64,000 nt of DNA from an uncultured bacterium (lineage in GTDB: Bacteria; Babelota; Babeliae; Babelales; Babelaceae), in the NCBI GenBank assembly GCA_963824495.1, contig CAWGPQ010000006.1, positions 32,001 through 96,000 on the forward strand. The letters run 5' to 3'. Position numbers and translations under genes: made by a program. This document shows positions 19,540-29,590 of this stretch, piece by piece (within the stretch, counting starts at the first letter, position 1; the number at the start of each line of letters is the position of its first letter). The notes below the pieces were generated by a model that saw only the letters and a program-made list of their open reading frames with translations, ran no database searches and was not told the DNA's origin.

Positions 19540-20502
19540 ATGAGGCTTAATTCTGTATTAGTGGTTGATCATTTAACAAAAATATTTACCCAACGCTCGG
19601 GTTTTTTAGGTATGCGTAAAACAAGTTTTACTGCCGTTGATAACCTTTCATTTACTCTTGAGCGTGGAGAGATAGTCGGTATACTCGGTGCCAACGGGGC
19701 AGGCAAGACTACAACGATTCAAATGCTTTTAAGTACGCTTAAGCCTACATCTGGGAGTATAAGCTATTTTGGTAAAAATTTTTTTACACATCGTTCAGAA
19801 ACTCTACAGCACATTGCTTTTGCAAGCACGTATATAAAGCTGCCTAATACTTTGACCGTTGAGCAAAATCTTGATGTTTACGGTAGGCTCTACGGTCTAT
19901 CTAGGCGTCAACGATTAGACGCTACAAAAAAGTTTTTGACGCATTTTGGCATGTGGGATTTACGTAGTAGATTGCTCTCTGAGCTTTCTGCTGGACAGAT
20001 TACACGGGTTATGCTTGCAAAAGCATTTCTTGCAAACCCACGCCTTGTATTACTTGATGAGCCGACAGCAAGCCTTGATCCTGATATCGCATTAGAAGTT
20101 CGTCAATTTATTCTCGAGCAACGGCGTAATCATAATGTTTCGTTTTTGCTTACGTCCCATAATATGGATGAAGTTACTGAAACGTGTGATAGGGTATTAG
20201 TTTTGCATAAGGGCAAACTTATTGCGAGTGATACTCCAGCTCAACTTGCCGCTCGTGTTCGCCAAGCAACTGTTGAGTTTATTATAGTAGCTGGTATAGA
20301 ACATGCTCTTGCTTATCTTAACAAACATAATTATCACTATACACAACAAGATGCTATCATAAAAGTACATGTTGATAGTCAGGCTATTGCGAAATTTTTG
20401 CAAGAAATTACGCATATTGGTATCGAGTACTCTCAAATCGCTATTGAGAAGCCAACGCTTGAAGATTATTTCTTAACAGTTTTACACAAATCACGAGTGT
20501 GA
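19540..20502 (+). CDS. ABC-2 exporter ATP-binding protein
   Basis: GANGAGKTT, LSAGQ, LLDEPT, SH motif. Confidence 0.93.
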   Translation: MRLNSVLVVDHLTKIFTQRSGFLGMRKTSFTAVDNLSFTLERGEIVGILGANGAGKTTTIQMLLSTLKPTSGSISYFGKNFFTHRSETLQHIAFASTYIKLPNTLTVEQNLDVYGRLYGLSRRQRLDATKKFLTHFGMWDLRSRLLSELSAGQITRVMLAKAFLANPRLVLLDEPTASLDPDIALEVRQFILEQRRNHNVSFLLTSHNMDEVTETCDRVLVLHKGKLIASDTPAQLAARVRQATVEFIIVAGIEHALAYLNKHNYHYTQQDAIIKVHVDSQAIAKFLQEITHIGIEYSQIAIEKPTLEDYFLTVLHKSRV

Positions 20503-21284
20503 TAATGCGATTCTATCGAATTAAGGCGGTTATGCTGCGTCATCTCTTGCTCTATATAAATGGCTATGGTCGTTTCATTGAGCTGTTATATTGGCCCTTG
20601 CGCGATATTATTATGTGGGGTTTGACAAGCTTGTGGATATCTTCTAGCACGAGCGTAATGCCCAACGTGATGCTCATTATGCTTTCTGGTATTGTTATTT
20701 GGCAAGTGGTGCTCAGGTCACTATATATCTCAGGATTAAGTATTTTTGAAGAGCTGATTGCGCATAACTTGGTAAATTTGGTCTCATCACCGCTTACGTT
20801 AGGGGAATGGGTAGTAGGCATCATGGGTACAAGTGTTATCCTGTCGTTTATAGCTGTAGTTTTTGGCATGATTGGTGCAAAGCTTATATACGGCGTTTCT
20901 ATCTGGTCGCTTGGTATATTACTTGTTCCAAGTGCTCTTTTATCACTTATGTTTGGTTGGACACTAGGATTTATAGGCGCCTCGTTTACGGTGCTCTGGG
21001 GTATAAAAGCATATTCATACGTGTCAATCTTATCATGGCTCTTTGCGCCTTTTCTTGGTATTTTCACACCGATAACTCTATTGCCAGCGTGGGCAATAAC
21101 ATTTTCACGCTTTTTGCCAGCCAGCTATGTTTTTAGCGAGATACGGAATTTTATTACGAACGGTTATATTGAGTGGCCTATGTTCTTGATCAGTTTTGCG
21201 CTTAATGCTGTCTACCTTACGGTATCGCTTATTCTTTTTGCCACTGCTTTTGATATAAAAAGAGCTCGGGGGTTACCGCTCTAA
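20499..21284 (+). CDS. ABC-2 exporter permease
   Basis: 6 TM, PITLLPAW..LPASY; overlaps the ATPase stop. Confidence 0.88.
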   Translation: MIMRFYRIKAVMLRHLLLYINGYGRFIELLYWPLRDIIMWGLTSLWISSSTSVMPNVMLIMLSGIVIWQVVLRSLYISGLSIFEELIAHNLVNLVSSPLTLGEWVVGIMGTSVILSFIAVVFGMIGAKLIYGVSIWSLGILLVPSALLSLMFGWTLGFIGASFTVLWGIKAYSYVSILSWLFAPFLGIFTPITLLPAWAITFSRFLPASYVFSEIRNFITNGYIEWPMFLISFALNAVYLTVSLILFATAFDIKRARGLPL

Positions 21285-21302
21285 TTTTTTATACAGTACT
21301 TG

Positions 21303-22436
21303 TTATAGCTGACCATCTAAAATCTTGAGCCGATAGTCACGCATAAGCGCTACCATGAAATGAAGATTATGAATACTTGCAAGCGTGAGTCCAACTATTT
21401 CATGAGCTTTAAAGAGATGGTGCAGGTAGGCTCGTGTATACTGTTGGCAGGTAATGCACGTACAAGATTCATCTACAGGTCGAAAGATAGTTTTGTTTTC
21501 TGATCGGTTAATTTTAATCATGCCCTGCGAGGTAAACAAAAGCCCATGACGTGCACATTTTGTTGGATATGAGCTATCGAAAGTATCGATACCTAAGGGT
21601 ATACAATCATGCAGAGATGGCAGGTCGCCAATACCTAACAAGTGATTTGGTTTGTCTTCTGGTAGAGACGGCATGAGAGATATGAGCATAGTGACCATTT
21701 CTGCTCGCGTTTTACCCAAGCTACCGCCAATAGCAAAACCATCAAAGGGTAAGCGTGTAAGAAATTCAACACTTATCGTGCGCAATTGGGGATCAACGCC
21801 ACCGTGAATCACAGCATACATAGCTTGCTCTTGAGCATTTTTAAGATGTTCGTTAAGTGAACGTTCTTCCCAGCGATGTGTTCGATCGAGTGATTTTTTG
21901 AGTGTGGCATAATCCGTATGATAAGGAGGTAGTTCATCGAGAGGTATAATAATATCGGCACCCAAAGCTTTTTGTGCCTGCACCGATGATTCTGGTGTAA
22001 GTACTACACGACTGCCATCACGATATGAACGGAAGATGATTCCCTCTTCACTAATTTTCAAAACAGAGCCATCATGCTTTTTTTGACCCTTACTTTTGAG
22101 TTCTTCTGTCACACTGCCGTAGGTAAGGCTAAATACCTGAAAACCACCCGAATCGGTAATGATAGGGGCTGGTCTATTCATAAACGTATGTAAACCGCCT
22201 GCTTGCTGTATGACATCAGGTCCTGGATGTAAAAGCAAGTGATAGGTATTGCAAAACATAAGCTGTACGTCGAGTGTATTAACGACGGTATTATCAACAG
22301 CTTTGATGGTAGCATTTGTTGCTACGGGCACAAAATTCGGCGTATCTATTATCCCATGAGGCGTATATATACGACCAACACGTGCACGAGATTTTTTTGA
22401 GGAGTAAAGTAGTTCAAAAGAAAAAAAGGGCTGCAT
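21303..22436 (-). CDS. tgt: tRNA-guanine transglycosylase
   Basis: NTYHL, TDSGGFQVFSL, HLLGIG, DTFDS, C-x-C-x-x-C Zn site, IHNL. Confidence 0.97.
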   Translation of the reverse strand: MQPFFSFELLYSSKKSRARVGRIYTPHGIIDTPNFVPVATNATIKAVDNTVVNTLDVQLMFCNTYHLLLHPGPDVIQQAGGLHTFMNRPAPIITDSGGFQVFSLTYGSVTEELKSKGQKKHDGSVLKISEEGIIFRSYRDGSRVVLTPESSVQAQKALGADIIIPLDELPPYHTDYATLKKSLDRTHRWEERSLNEHLKNAQEQAMYAVIHGGVDPQLRTISVEFLTRLPFDGFAIGGSLGKTRAEMVTMLISLMPSLPEDKPNHLLGIGDLPSLHDCIPLGIDTFDSSYPTKCARHGLLFTSQGMIKINRSENKTIFRPVDESCTCITCQQYTRAYLHHLFKAHEIVGLTLASIHNLHFMVALMRDYRLKILDGQL

Positions 22437-22437
22437 A

Positions 22438-23112
22438 TTATAACTGTTCGCGTGTCGGTGCTATAAGCTTTTTCGAAAGCGCGAGAAATGGTGTGCTTAG
22501 TGCAATAGTTACAAGCTTAATAGTATAACTAACAATAATAATTTCTCCAAGATTGCTGACAATACCATAGAGTCCTAAGAAGCTAAAAAGTATGGTATCA
22601 AGAAGCTGCGTAATGCTCAATGATACGTAATTACGAATAACAAAATAATCTGTACCAAGCCGCCATTTTAAAAATCCATACATAAGCACTTCTAATTGTT
22701 GCGTAATGACATATGAAATAAGCGAAGCGATTATAATGCGTGGCATGGGTGACATAAGCGCCCTATAATATATATTGCTTGTGTCAGCAGAACTGGGTAT
22801 ATAAAGAAGCTGTAACAAAGAAAATATTCCATAGACAACCATACCAAAAAAGCTGATCCAAATTGTTTTTTGAGCAATCTTGCGCCCATAAAATTCTTGT
22901 AAAAGATTAAGCGAGAGCGTAGCGCCAATGGCAAGAGCATCAGATGCAGTTGCAGCAAGACCGAAGAGCGTAATTTGTTTAAGAACAAATAAATTGGCTA
23001 GAATCCATTCAATACTTATGAGTGCTACAAGCGCTTCTTTGCCTAGAGCGAGAGCACAAAGTGCAGCAACACTTACGGTAATGCAGTATATAAAAAATAT
23101 AAGCTCATTCAT
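22438..23112 (-). CDS. yhhQ: Queuosine precursor transporter (YhhQ/QPTR, Vut_1)
   Basis: ANLFVLK, LQEFYG, RIIIASLISY, RN..S..QLLDT; adjacent to tgt. Confidence 0.9.
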   Translation of the reverse strand: MNELIFFIYCITVSVAALCALALGKEALVALISIEWILANLFVLKQITLFGLAATASDALAIGATLSLNLLQEFYGRKIAQKTIWISFFGMVVYGIFSLLQLLYIPSSADTSNIYYRALMSPMPRIIIASLISYVITQQLEVLMYGFLKWRLGTDYFVIRNYVSLSITQLLDTILFSFLGLYGIVSNLGEIIIVSYTIKLVTIALSTPFLALSKKLIAPTREQL

Positions 23113-23460
23113 ACTATCACATCCGATGTGCAGAAATGATTAAGCTACAGGCTAATGGAAAAAAATAACGAAAAGTAATTATAGCAAATTTTGCCATGTT
23201 TATGTCCCGATAGCGCATGTTAAGTACATAGAAAATTTTGATGTTATTATTTTTTTTGTCAACAAAGAAAATTCCTGTTATCTATACGAAAGTACCCTCA
23301 ATGGTTCTGCCAAAGGCTATTAATATTAATTTCAATTAATAAAAATAAAATAGTAAAAGCCCTTTTTACAAAACAATAAAATAACGTTAAAGTTGACTAT
23401 ATAAAAGCATCAAGCAAACAAATTACACTGTACTCATGAAATAATCAGAAGGCTAAGCTT

Positions 23461-24882
23461 ATGAAAAAACTTCTTTTCCTGCTCATAGGTGTGCTTGTTA
23501 TTTTGACTGTCCCGAATAAGAATTTAGTAGCTTCTGCTTATATTGACGATATTAGTCGCTTGAACAAGACACGTGTTGCCGGTGTGGTGCGACCTAAAAG
23601 TCTTAAAGATCTTCAAACTCTTGTTACTTATGCAAAACAGCATATCTACAAAATTGCTATTGCCGGTAAACGATATAGTCAAGGTGGGCAAACACTTTGC
23701 AAGAATTGCATTATTATCGATACGCAGTGCTTGAACAACGTTATCGCGCTCGATATGGTGAGAAAAACTATTACGGTGCAGCCGGGTATAACATGGAAGC
23801 GTTTACAGGAATATGTTAGTCCTCATGGTCTATCTGTTAAAGCTATGCAGTCATACAATGACTTTACGGTCGGTGGGTCTCTAAGCGTTAATGTTCATGG
23901 CCAGGATATTACTGGAGGATCACTCATAAGCACTGTGCTAGAACTTAAAATTCTCTTGGCAGATGGATCTATCGTATCTGCAAGCACGTCAGAAAATACT
24001 GAGTTGTTTCGTTTGGTTATTGGTGGCTATGGCTTGTTTGGTATTATTGTAGAGGTTACCTTATTGCTTACCGATGACATAATGCTCAATAAAAAAGTAA
24101 CGTCCATTGATACCCATGAGTACTATAGGTTTTTTCATAAGCGGATAAAAAATAACCCTCGCGTAGCATTACATTCTGCCCGGCTTTCCGTAGATCCAGA
24201 TGCTCTCTTTAACAAAACACTGGCAATAACGTACTATAAAACTGGTGACTATATACCTGGAGGTTATGAGCTTAAGCCCACAAGACATGATGGCAATGTT
24301 CAAAAAGTTGGCTTTAATCTTTTGCGACATTTTGATATAGCTAAAAAATTACGTTTTTTTATAGAAAGTAACTTTATCGAAAAACCTGAAATAATTTCAC
24401 GCAACAATGCCATGAGATATTCAGTAAAAGATCTCGATTTTGGTGATGGTACATCAACAAATATTCTTCAAGAGTATTTTGTGCCTACAGAAAAGTTAGA
24501 AGCTTTTCTTACTAAGCTTAGAGAAAGTATTAAGCGTTATAATATTAATCTTTTAAACGTTACGATTCGTTATGTTCCTCGCGATAAAAAATCATTTTTG
24601 CCTTATGCTCGAACAGACTCTTTTGCGCTTGTGCTGTATATTAATCACAAGATTAAGCAGTCAGATATTTATACCATTGCAAGCTGGACACGCCATATAA
24701 TTAATGCAGTGCTTGCATGTAATGGTACATTTTATCTTCCCTATCAGCTTTATGCTACTCATAAGCAATTAAAAAAAGCGTATCCCATGATACACGAGTT
24801 CTTTGAGCTCAAGAAAAAATATGATTCTCAAGAACTCTTTAGTAATGCATTATATATCCGTTATTCTTCATTGGGCATATAA
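23461..24882 (+). CDS. FAD-binding oxidoreductase (FAD_binding_4, VAO/ALO-like) with signal peptide
   Basis: AGKRYSQGGQ, TVGGSLSVNVHG, GGYGLFGII, LQEYFVP, GTFYLPY. Confidence 0.88.
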   Translation: MKKLLFLLIGVLVILTVPNKNLVASAYIDDISRLNKTRVAGVVRPKSLKDLQTLVTYAKQHIYKIAIAGKRYSQGGQTLCKNCIIIDTQCLNNVIALDMVRKTITVQPGITWKRLQEYVSPHGLSVKAMQSYNDFTVGGSLSVNVHGQDITGGSLISTVLELKILLADGSIVSASTSENTELFRLVIGGYGLFGIIVEVTLLLTDDIMLNKKVTSIDTHEYYRFFHKRIKNNPRVALHSARLSVDPDALFNKTLAITYYKTGDYIPGGYELKPTRHDGNVQKVGFNLLRHFDIAKKLRFFIESNFIEKPEIISRNNAMRYSVKDLDFGDGTSTNILQEYFVPTEKLEAFLTKLRESIKRYNINLLNVTIRYVPRDKKSFLPYARTDSFALVLYINHKIKQSDIYTIASWTRHIINAVLACNGTFYLPYQLYATHKQLKKAYPMIHEFFELKKKYDSQELFSNALYIRYSSLGI

Positions 24883-24989
24883 ATGTGGTATAAGGCAGGT
24901 AGCAGGACTGCTTCTTGCGATGATAGAAGAATTTGTGCTGCTTTAAGGTCCCTATCAGCGTGCTCAAGCCATTCTTTATGCTCTTGCAT
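24861..24989 (-). pseudogene. Truncated HEPN-domain toxin remnant
   Basis: Manual translation MQEHKEWLEHADRDLKAAQILL..ALYH matches the HEPN N-terminus, then runs into the end of the oxidoreductase gene; overlaps the MNT stop. Confidence 0.75.
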
Positions 24990-25308
24990 AAATTTTCTTT
25001 CCTTGTCGCTTAATTTTGTAGTGTAAAGATGAGGTCCTTTCTGATGCTTGCTCGAACTCTTTTTGGCTTAGCAACAAAATATCTTTAGGAACTGGAAGCC
25101 CAACAAGAGCACGGTGACCTTCAACAAACGCTCGGTAGCGATCTTTAACTTCTGTATCAACTACGACAAGAAGGTCAAGATTGCTTTCTCCATCTGGGCA
25201 GCCCCAGGCATAAGAACCAAATATGTAAATTGCAAGAGGATTGTACGTTTTAATTAACTTATCTCGAGCGTCATTTACTATTTTTTCAAGTGATTGCTTA
25301 TTAATCAT
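24976..25308 (-). CDS. Minimal nucleotidyltransferase (MNT antitoxin-like)
   Basis: IYIFGSYAWG..SNLDLLVV (first catalytic Asp appears as Asn). Confidence 0.88.
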   Translation of the reverse strand: MINKQSLEKIVNDARDKLIKTYNPLAIYIFGSYAWGCPDGESNLDLLVVVDTEVKDRYRAFVEGHRALVGLPVPKDILLLSQKEFEQASERTSSLHYKIKRQGKKIYARA

Positions 25309-25511
25309 AATGTGCTCCCTTGATTCTATGAGACCATGATTTTAGTATACCAAAATATACTGCTGCTATTAATTGTATGATCCTAAGAACATAGCAAAAA
25401 CATGACGATTCGGGCTTTTTTACAAGTAAAAGGGACAATTCTTTAAAATCGGAGCTTACTTTTAGTATGAGCTAATATAACACAGAATATTATCTTTTAT
25501 AACTGGCCCAT

Positions 25512-27599
25512 ATGAGCACTACTACCAAATATATAGAATTTTTTCTTATTCTAGCAATCTCGTTTTGTTCAACACGGTTACTTAAAGCTGAAAGCTCGAG
25601 TAGCTTGCCATTTCAATTTCCAAGAGCAGGGTACAAACTTGATTATGACTTTGGAGACGACCAGAGCTTTTGCGCTCCATTAAATAATTTCTCTTACGAT
25701 ACGCCTGATTATTCATGCAAAGATATTTACCCATATCAAGAGTTTTCGTATTTCCAACAAGAACCAACCCTAGCCAGATCGCTATCCTCTACGCCATCTG
25801 CTGCTTATGACATGTATCAACATATACGTACTATACGTATGCGCCGAGACCGTCCTTTAACACGACGAGAAGAGCGGATAGCTGAGAGTATACGTCAGGA
25901 ACTTAATCAGCAACGTGAGTATGAAGAACAACAAGAGAAAGAGCGTATATTTCGACGTAATCTTAAAGATTACACAAAGAAGATTTCACCAACGCTACCG
26001 ACACCAATAAAGCACTGCTTAAAAAAGGATAATCGATTTGTTGATAATTACCGTGAACTGGTAGAAACAAATTTTTCATCTAACCAACACTATCTTACTG
26101 AAAAAGCTAAGAAATGGAAAGCACTTCTTGATTGTCGTGGTGATGACCTAAGACCACATGAATATAAATGCTATAGTCGCCGCCTGGAAGCTCTGGACCA
26201 ACTGAAACAGAATAATGTAGCCTGGGAATCACATAACTACACAATATCGCCAGAGATTGATCATGTACTACAGCATTACGGTATTGATCAACGACTTTAC
26301 ACTCAATGTGTGGGCAATACTCTACAGCACGTACTGCATCAAGAAATACTCGAAACTCTTGATGGCTTTTCGCAGCTTGATACACGCAAGTACACCGACC
26401 CTTTATTATATCGCCTTTCCGATACTGCAGTTTATAGTGCAGAATTGGGCCGCTTCTGTAATAGTGTTGGTTGTATGGAGCAAGGCTTTGATAGTAGCGA
26501 TTTTGCTTGGAGTATTGTTGATTTCTTAGGTACCTATGGCTACGCAATAAAAGATGGTTTCTCGGCAGAATGCTCTCGATTCTTCAGCTCTTTCTTTCAC
26601 CCAATTGATACTGCTCGTGATCTTATTCATGCTACCTATGAGGTTAGCAAGCTTCTGGGCAAGCTTGTTTATAAACGAATTTATTGGAAGTATTTAAGCT
26701 ATACCAATAGGGAGCTCTTACTAGAGGAATGCATTCGTACTTACGAAGATGCTCTCATGGTTATTGAAGCTGTTGAAAGTCATATTAAAAGCACACCTCC
26801 TCCTGAGCTTGTTAAAAATGCAACAGCATTTCTCACAAGCTGGTTTATTCCTGGTGCTTCGATCAAGGTAGTCAAATCGCTTTTAAAAGCAAGTCGTGGT
26901 GTAGATTGTCTTGCTCTGGCTAAACGTTTTAGAACGTTAACTCAAGCAGCAAAGGCAAGGGTAATTATACAAAACCCTGGAACTGTACTTCTTGCTAACG
27001 CTTTTGAAACTCTTGAAGAGCTTGTTGAAATTGGCAAAGATACCGCAAAAAGAGCTTGTGGTGCTGTCTGCAATACTAAGCACCTTATAAAACTTAAAGC
27101 TCTTGAGCATATTTTGCTAAATAATGAAGAGATCGAGAAGTTAGCTTGTATGTATAATAATGTGCTTGAGGGATTCGCTCAAATCAATTTTAAATCAATT
27201 ATTATTAACTCTGCGCATATACTTGGGCCAGAAATTAGATGTGTAAAGAAAGGTCTGGAATTATCTGGGTTTCATCATGATTTTATGGGCTTTATACAAA
27301 AGGCTGGCATAATACTATTTGATTGTATTAAAGAAGAAGCACATGGTATCTATAGTGCCAACTGGTATTACAATGGTATAAAAAAGCAATCAACATTTTT
27401 CCCAAAAGCATGGGATAGAGCTAAAGTAATAGAAAAGATTATAGAAGCATATAAAAATCAAGAATTTCGCGAGTTAACATCTCAAGGCAAATGGAGAGTT
27501 AGGGGCATGACCAATGAAGGAATAAAAATAGAAATAATCATAAACAAACTGGGTGAAATGACTTCGGCATATCCAATAATTTCCTTGAGAAAATTATGA
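25512..27599 (+). CDS. Polymorphic toxin-like protein: signal peptide, helical trunk, C-terminal bacterial EndoU nuclease
   Basis: HILG..SGFHH..KQSTFFPKAW..IIEAY..G..EGIKIE..TSAYP EndoU pattern; FHPIDT linker motif. Confidence 0.85.
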   Translation: MSTTTKYIEFFLILAISFCSTRLLKAESSSSLPFQFPRAGYKLDYDFGDDQSFCAPLNNFSYDTPDYSCKDIYPYQEFSYFQQEPTLARSLSSTPSAAYDMYQHIRTIRMRRDRPLTRREERIAESIRQELNQQREYEEQQEKERIFRRNLKDYTKKISPTLPTPIKHCLKKDNRFVDNYRELVETNFSSNQHYLTEKAKKWKALLDCRGDDLRPHEYKCYSRRLEALDQLKQNNVAWESHNYTISPEIDHVLQHYGIDQRLYTQCVGNTLQHVLHQEILETLDGFSQLDTRKYTDPLLYRLSDTAVYSAELGRFCNSVGCMEQGFDSSDFAWSIVDFLGTYGYAIKDGFSAECSRFFSSFFHPIDTARDLIHATYEVSKLLGKLVYKRIYWKYLSYTNRELLLEECIRTYEDALMVIEAVESHIKSTPPPELVKNATAFLTSWFIPGASIKVVKSLLKASRGVDCLALAKRFRTLTQAAKARVIIQNPGTVLLANAFETLEELVEIGKDTAKRACGAVCNTKHLIKLKALEHILLNNEEIEKLACMYNNVLEGFAQINFKSIIINSAHILGPEIRCVKKGLELSGFHHDFMGFIQKAGIILFDCIKEEAHGIYSANWYYNGIKKQSTFFPKAWDRAKVIEKIIEAYKNQEFRELTSQGKWRVRGMTNEGIKIEIIINKLGEMTSAYPIISLRKL

Positions 27600-28033
27600 A
27601 TTACATAATATTAAAAAGAATTGATAAAAATGATTATTGGCCCATCAAGAAAAATAAAATAAGCAATTTATATAATTTGTGGTCACTTTTTAATAGTACC
27701 GCATCACCAGAGATCCTTCTTAAAGAGTGGATACTAGATCCATCACAAGAAGTTTTAAGCACAAATAATTGTTATCTTCGCAAAGAGGGGAACAACGTGG
27801 TTGTGAGTGAATTATGTGGTTCTGATGATGAAAACGATGCTTATGCTATAACAGTACCGAATCAACAACTGTGTGCTTTAGTAGATGAATGGTATAAGCT
27901 ATGCCAAGCAGATGTAGAAAAGATTATCATATGGTCTGTTGGCGATGACTTTACAATTTCTGAATATCTTGAGCCGGAAGAGTTATCCACAAATAATGAC
28001 CCAAGGAAAAATAGCTACTCTAGCATATCGTAA
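27596..28033 (+). CDS. Putative immunity protein 1
   Basis: ATGA overlap with toxin stop; small, acidic; paralog of 28115-28510. Confidence 0.7.
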   Translation: MNYIILKRIDKNDYWPIKKNKISNLYNLWSLFNSTASPEILLKEWILDPSQEVLSTNNCYLRKEGNNVVVSELCGSDDENDAYAITVPNQQLCALVDEWYKLCQADVEKIIIWSVGDDFTISEYLEPEELSTNNDPRKNSYSSIS

Positions 28034-28034
28034 A

Positions 28035-28118
28035 ATGATAAATTTCGTAACAATCTGCAAGGGTTTGCGTATAGGTGAAGTGATTTCAGCATATCCTCTA
28101 ATCAAAAGTGCATTATGA
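28035..28118 (+). pseudogene. Vestigial toxin C-terminal tip (27-aa mini-ORF)
   Basis: MINFVTICKGLRIGEVISAYPLIKSAL* matches toxin end LGEMTSAYPIISLRKL*; ATGA overlap with the next gene. Confidence 0.7.
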
Positions 28119-28510
28119 ATTACAGAATATTAAGAAAGATTGGTAAAAATGATTACTTTCCTATAAATGATATAACAAGCGATGTGGATATATTATGGTT
28201 ACTTTTAAATGGCACACCAACACTTGATCTCTTTCTTAAGGACTGGATAGTAGATCCCCTTCAAGGAGTTTTAAGTACAAATAACTGTCTCCTATGGAAA
28301 GGAGGTGATAAGGTAACCATAAGCTTTTTATATGCTGAAGTTGACCCCGAAGATGATCCTAATGCACTCTTAATAACAAAGCAACAACTTTGCGATTTGG
28401 TAGACCGATGGGATAAGCTCTGTGAAGCAGATGTGGAAAAGATTATTATATGCGGTATTGGTGGCGATTTTACAGTTTCTGAATATCTTGAGCAGGAGCG
28501 ATCACTATGA
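28115..28510 (+). CDS. Putative immunity protein 2 (orphan paralog)
   Basis: Shares MNY.IL..I.KNDY.PI, LK.WI.DP.Q.VLSTNNC.L, QQLC.LVD.W.KLC.ADVEKIII, DFT.SEYLE with 27596-28033. Confidence 0.75.
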   Translation: MNYRILRKIGKNDYFPINDITSDVDILWLLLNGTPTLDLFLKDWIVDPLQGVLSTNNCLLWKGGDKVTISFLYAEVDPEDDPNALLITKQQLCDLVDRWDKLCEADVEKIIICGIGGDFTVSEYLEQERSL

Positions 28511-29155
28511 AGAATTACTGTATTATTAATGGGGGGAAGTAAAAATTGGCGTATTTATAGGTGAAAATTTAAATAACAAAATGACTTCTGAAGAAATTGC
28601 GATTCTTAGGCAACAAGCAGAAGAAGATATATATAAAAAGTACACACTTGAGAATATTACTTCTATACCAAAAATAACAGATTGGCGTGAGGCATATCGC
28701 TCCTTTGGATGTAAACCGTCAGAGTATAGAAGCTCTATAGAAGCATTACTGAGAAGGGTCTTACAGGGCAAACAACTACCTTTGATCAATGCCATTGTTG
28801 ACATTTATAACCTTATTTCTATCAAGCACGTGCTTCCTGCCGGTGGTGGAGATCTTGATAAGATTAAGGGAACAATTAATTTAACAATCTCCGAGGGAAC
28901 AGAGCACTTTGTAATGCTCGGATCCTCGAATTCGGTATCAATAAAATCTGGTGAAGTGATTTATTCTGATGATAGCCAAGTGCTATGTCGTGCTTGGAAT
29001 TATCGGGAATCTGATAAAACTAAAATCACTGAAGATACAAAAATGTTTACCTTCTCCTGGAAGGCCTAAAAAATACATCCGATGAAGAAATAACTGACGC
29101 GCTTTCTGAACTAGCCGCACTAATTTCTTTTACCAACCGTGTTCCGAGTAGTTAA
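28507..29155 (+). pseudogene. B3/B4 (PheT-like) tRNA-editing domain protein with frameshifts at both ends (core ORF 28581-29069)
   Basis: WREAYRSFG.KPS.YRSSIEALLRR, INAIVDIYN, D.DKI.G, CRAWNYRES; one extra A at 29039-29043 restores TKNVYLLLEGL. Confidence 0.8.
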
Positions 29156-29553
29156 TGTTTTGCTGAACGCATTTAATAACTTGTTGGTGAGCAGGAATAG
29201 TATGTTCTGGAAGTTGATCTATTCTAAAAAACCGCCATGTCATCATGTTTTTCTGGTTCATTGTTACGTGGTGCCTGCATATTCGTAATGTCCACTTTAA
29301 AACAAAGAGCAACCAATTCAGTTTCAGTTCCTTTGCGATGTAACGTGTGTACCAACTCGAATGCGGGCTCAGGTATTTCAAGTGCTGTTTCTTCACATAC
29401 TTCACGCTTGATAGCCTTCCTGGCCGTTTCACCCTGTTCTACTTTGCCCCCTATTAAACTGTATAATCTATCACCAAAAGTTGCATTACAACGACGAGCC
29501 AACAAGACCGTGTCACCAGTACATAAGAATGCCAGAGCAAACAGGTTAATCAT
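29130..29553 (-). pseudogene. NUDIX hydrolase with a frameshift near 29235
   Basis: GGKVEQGETARKAIKREVCEETAL Nudix box; NNEPEKHDD continues as FFRIDQLP in another frame. Confidence 0.85.
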
Positions 29554-29590
29554 ATGAGTGTGCTCGTCAGTTTTTGGATAAGCAGATTAT

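Noticed and set aside
23113..23300. preQ1 riboswitch upstream of yhhQ
   Set aside because: No recognisable preQ1-I stem-loop/A-tail consensus on the minus strand
27983..27991. Isolated perfect DnaA box TTATCCACA
   Set aside because: Single site inside a CDS; compatible with chance
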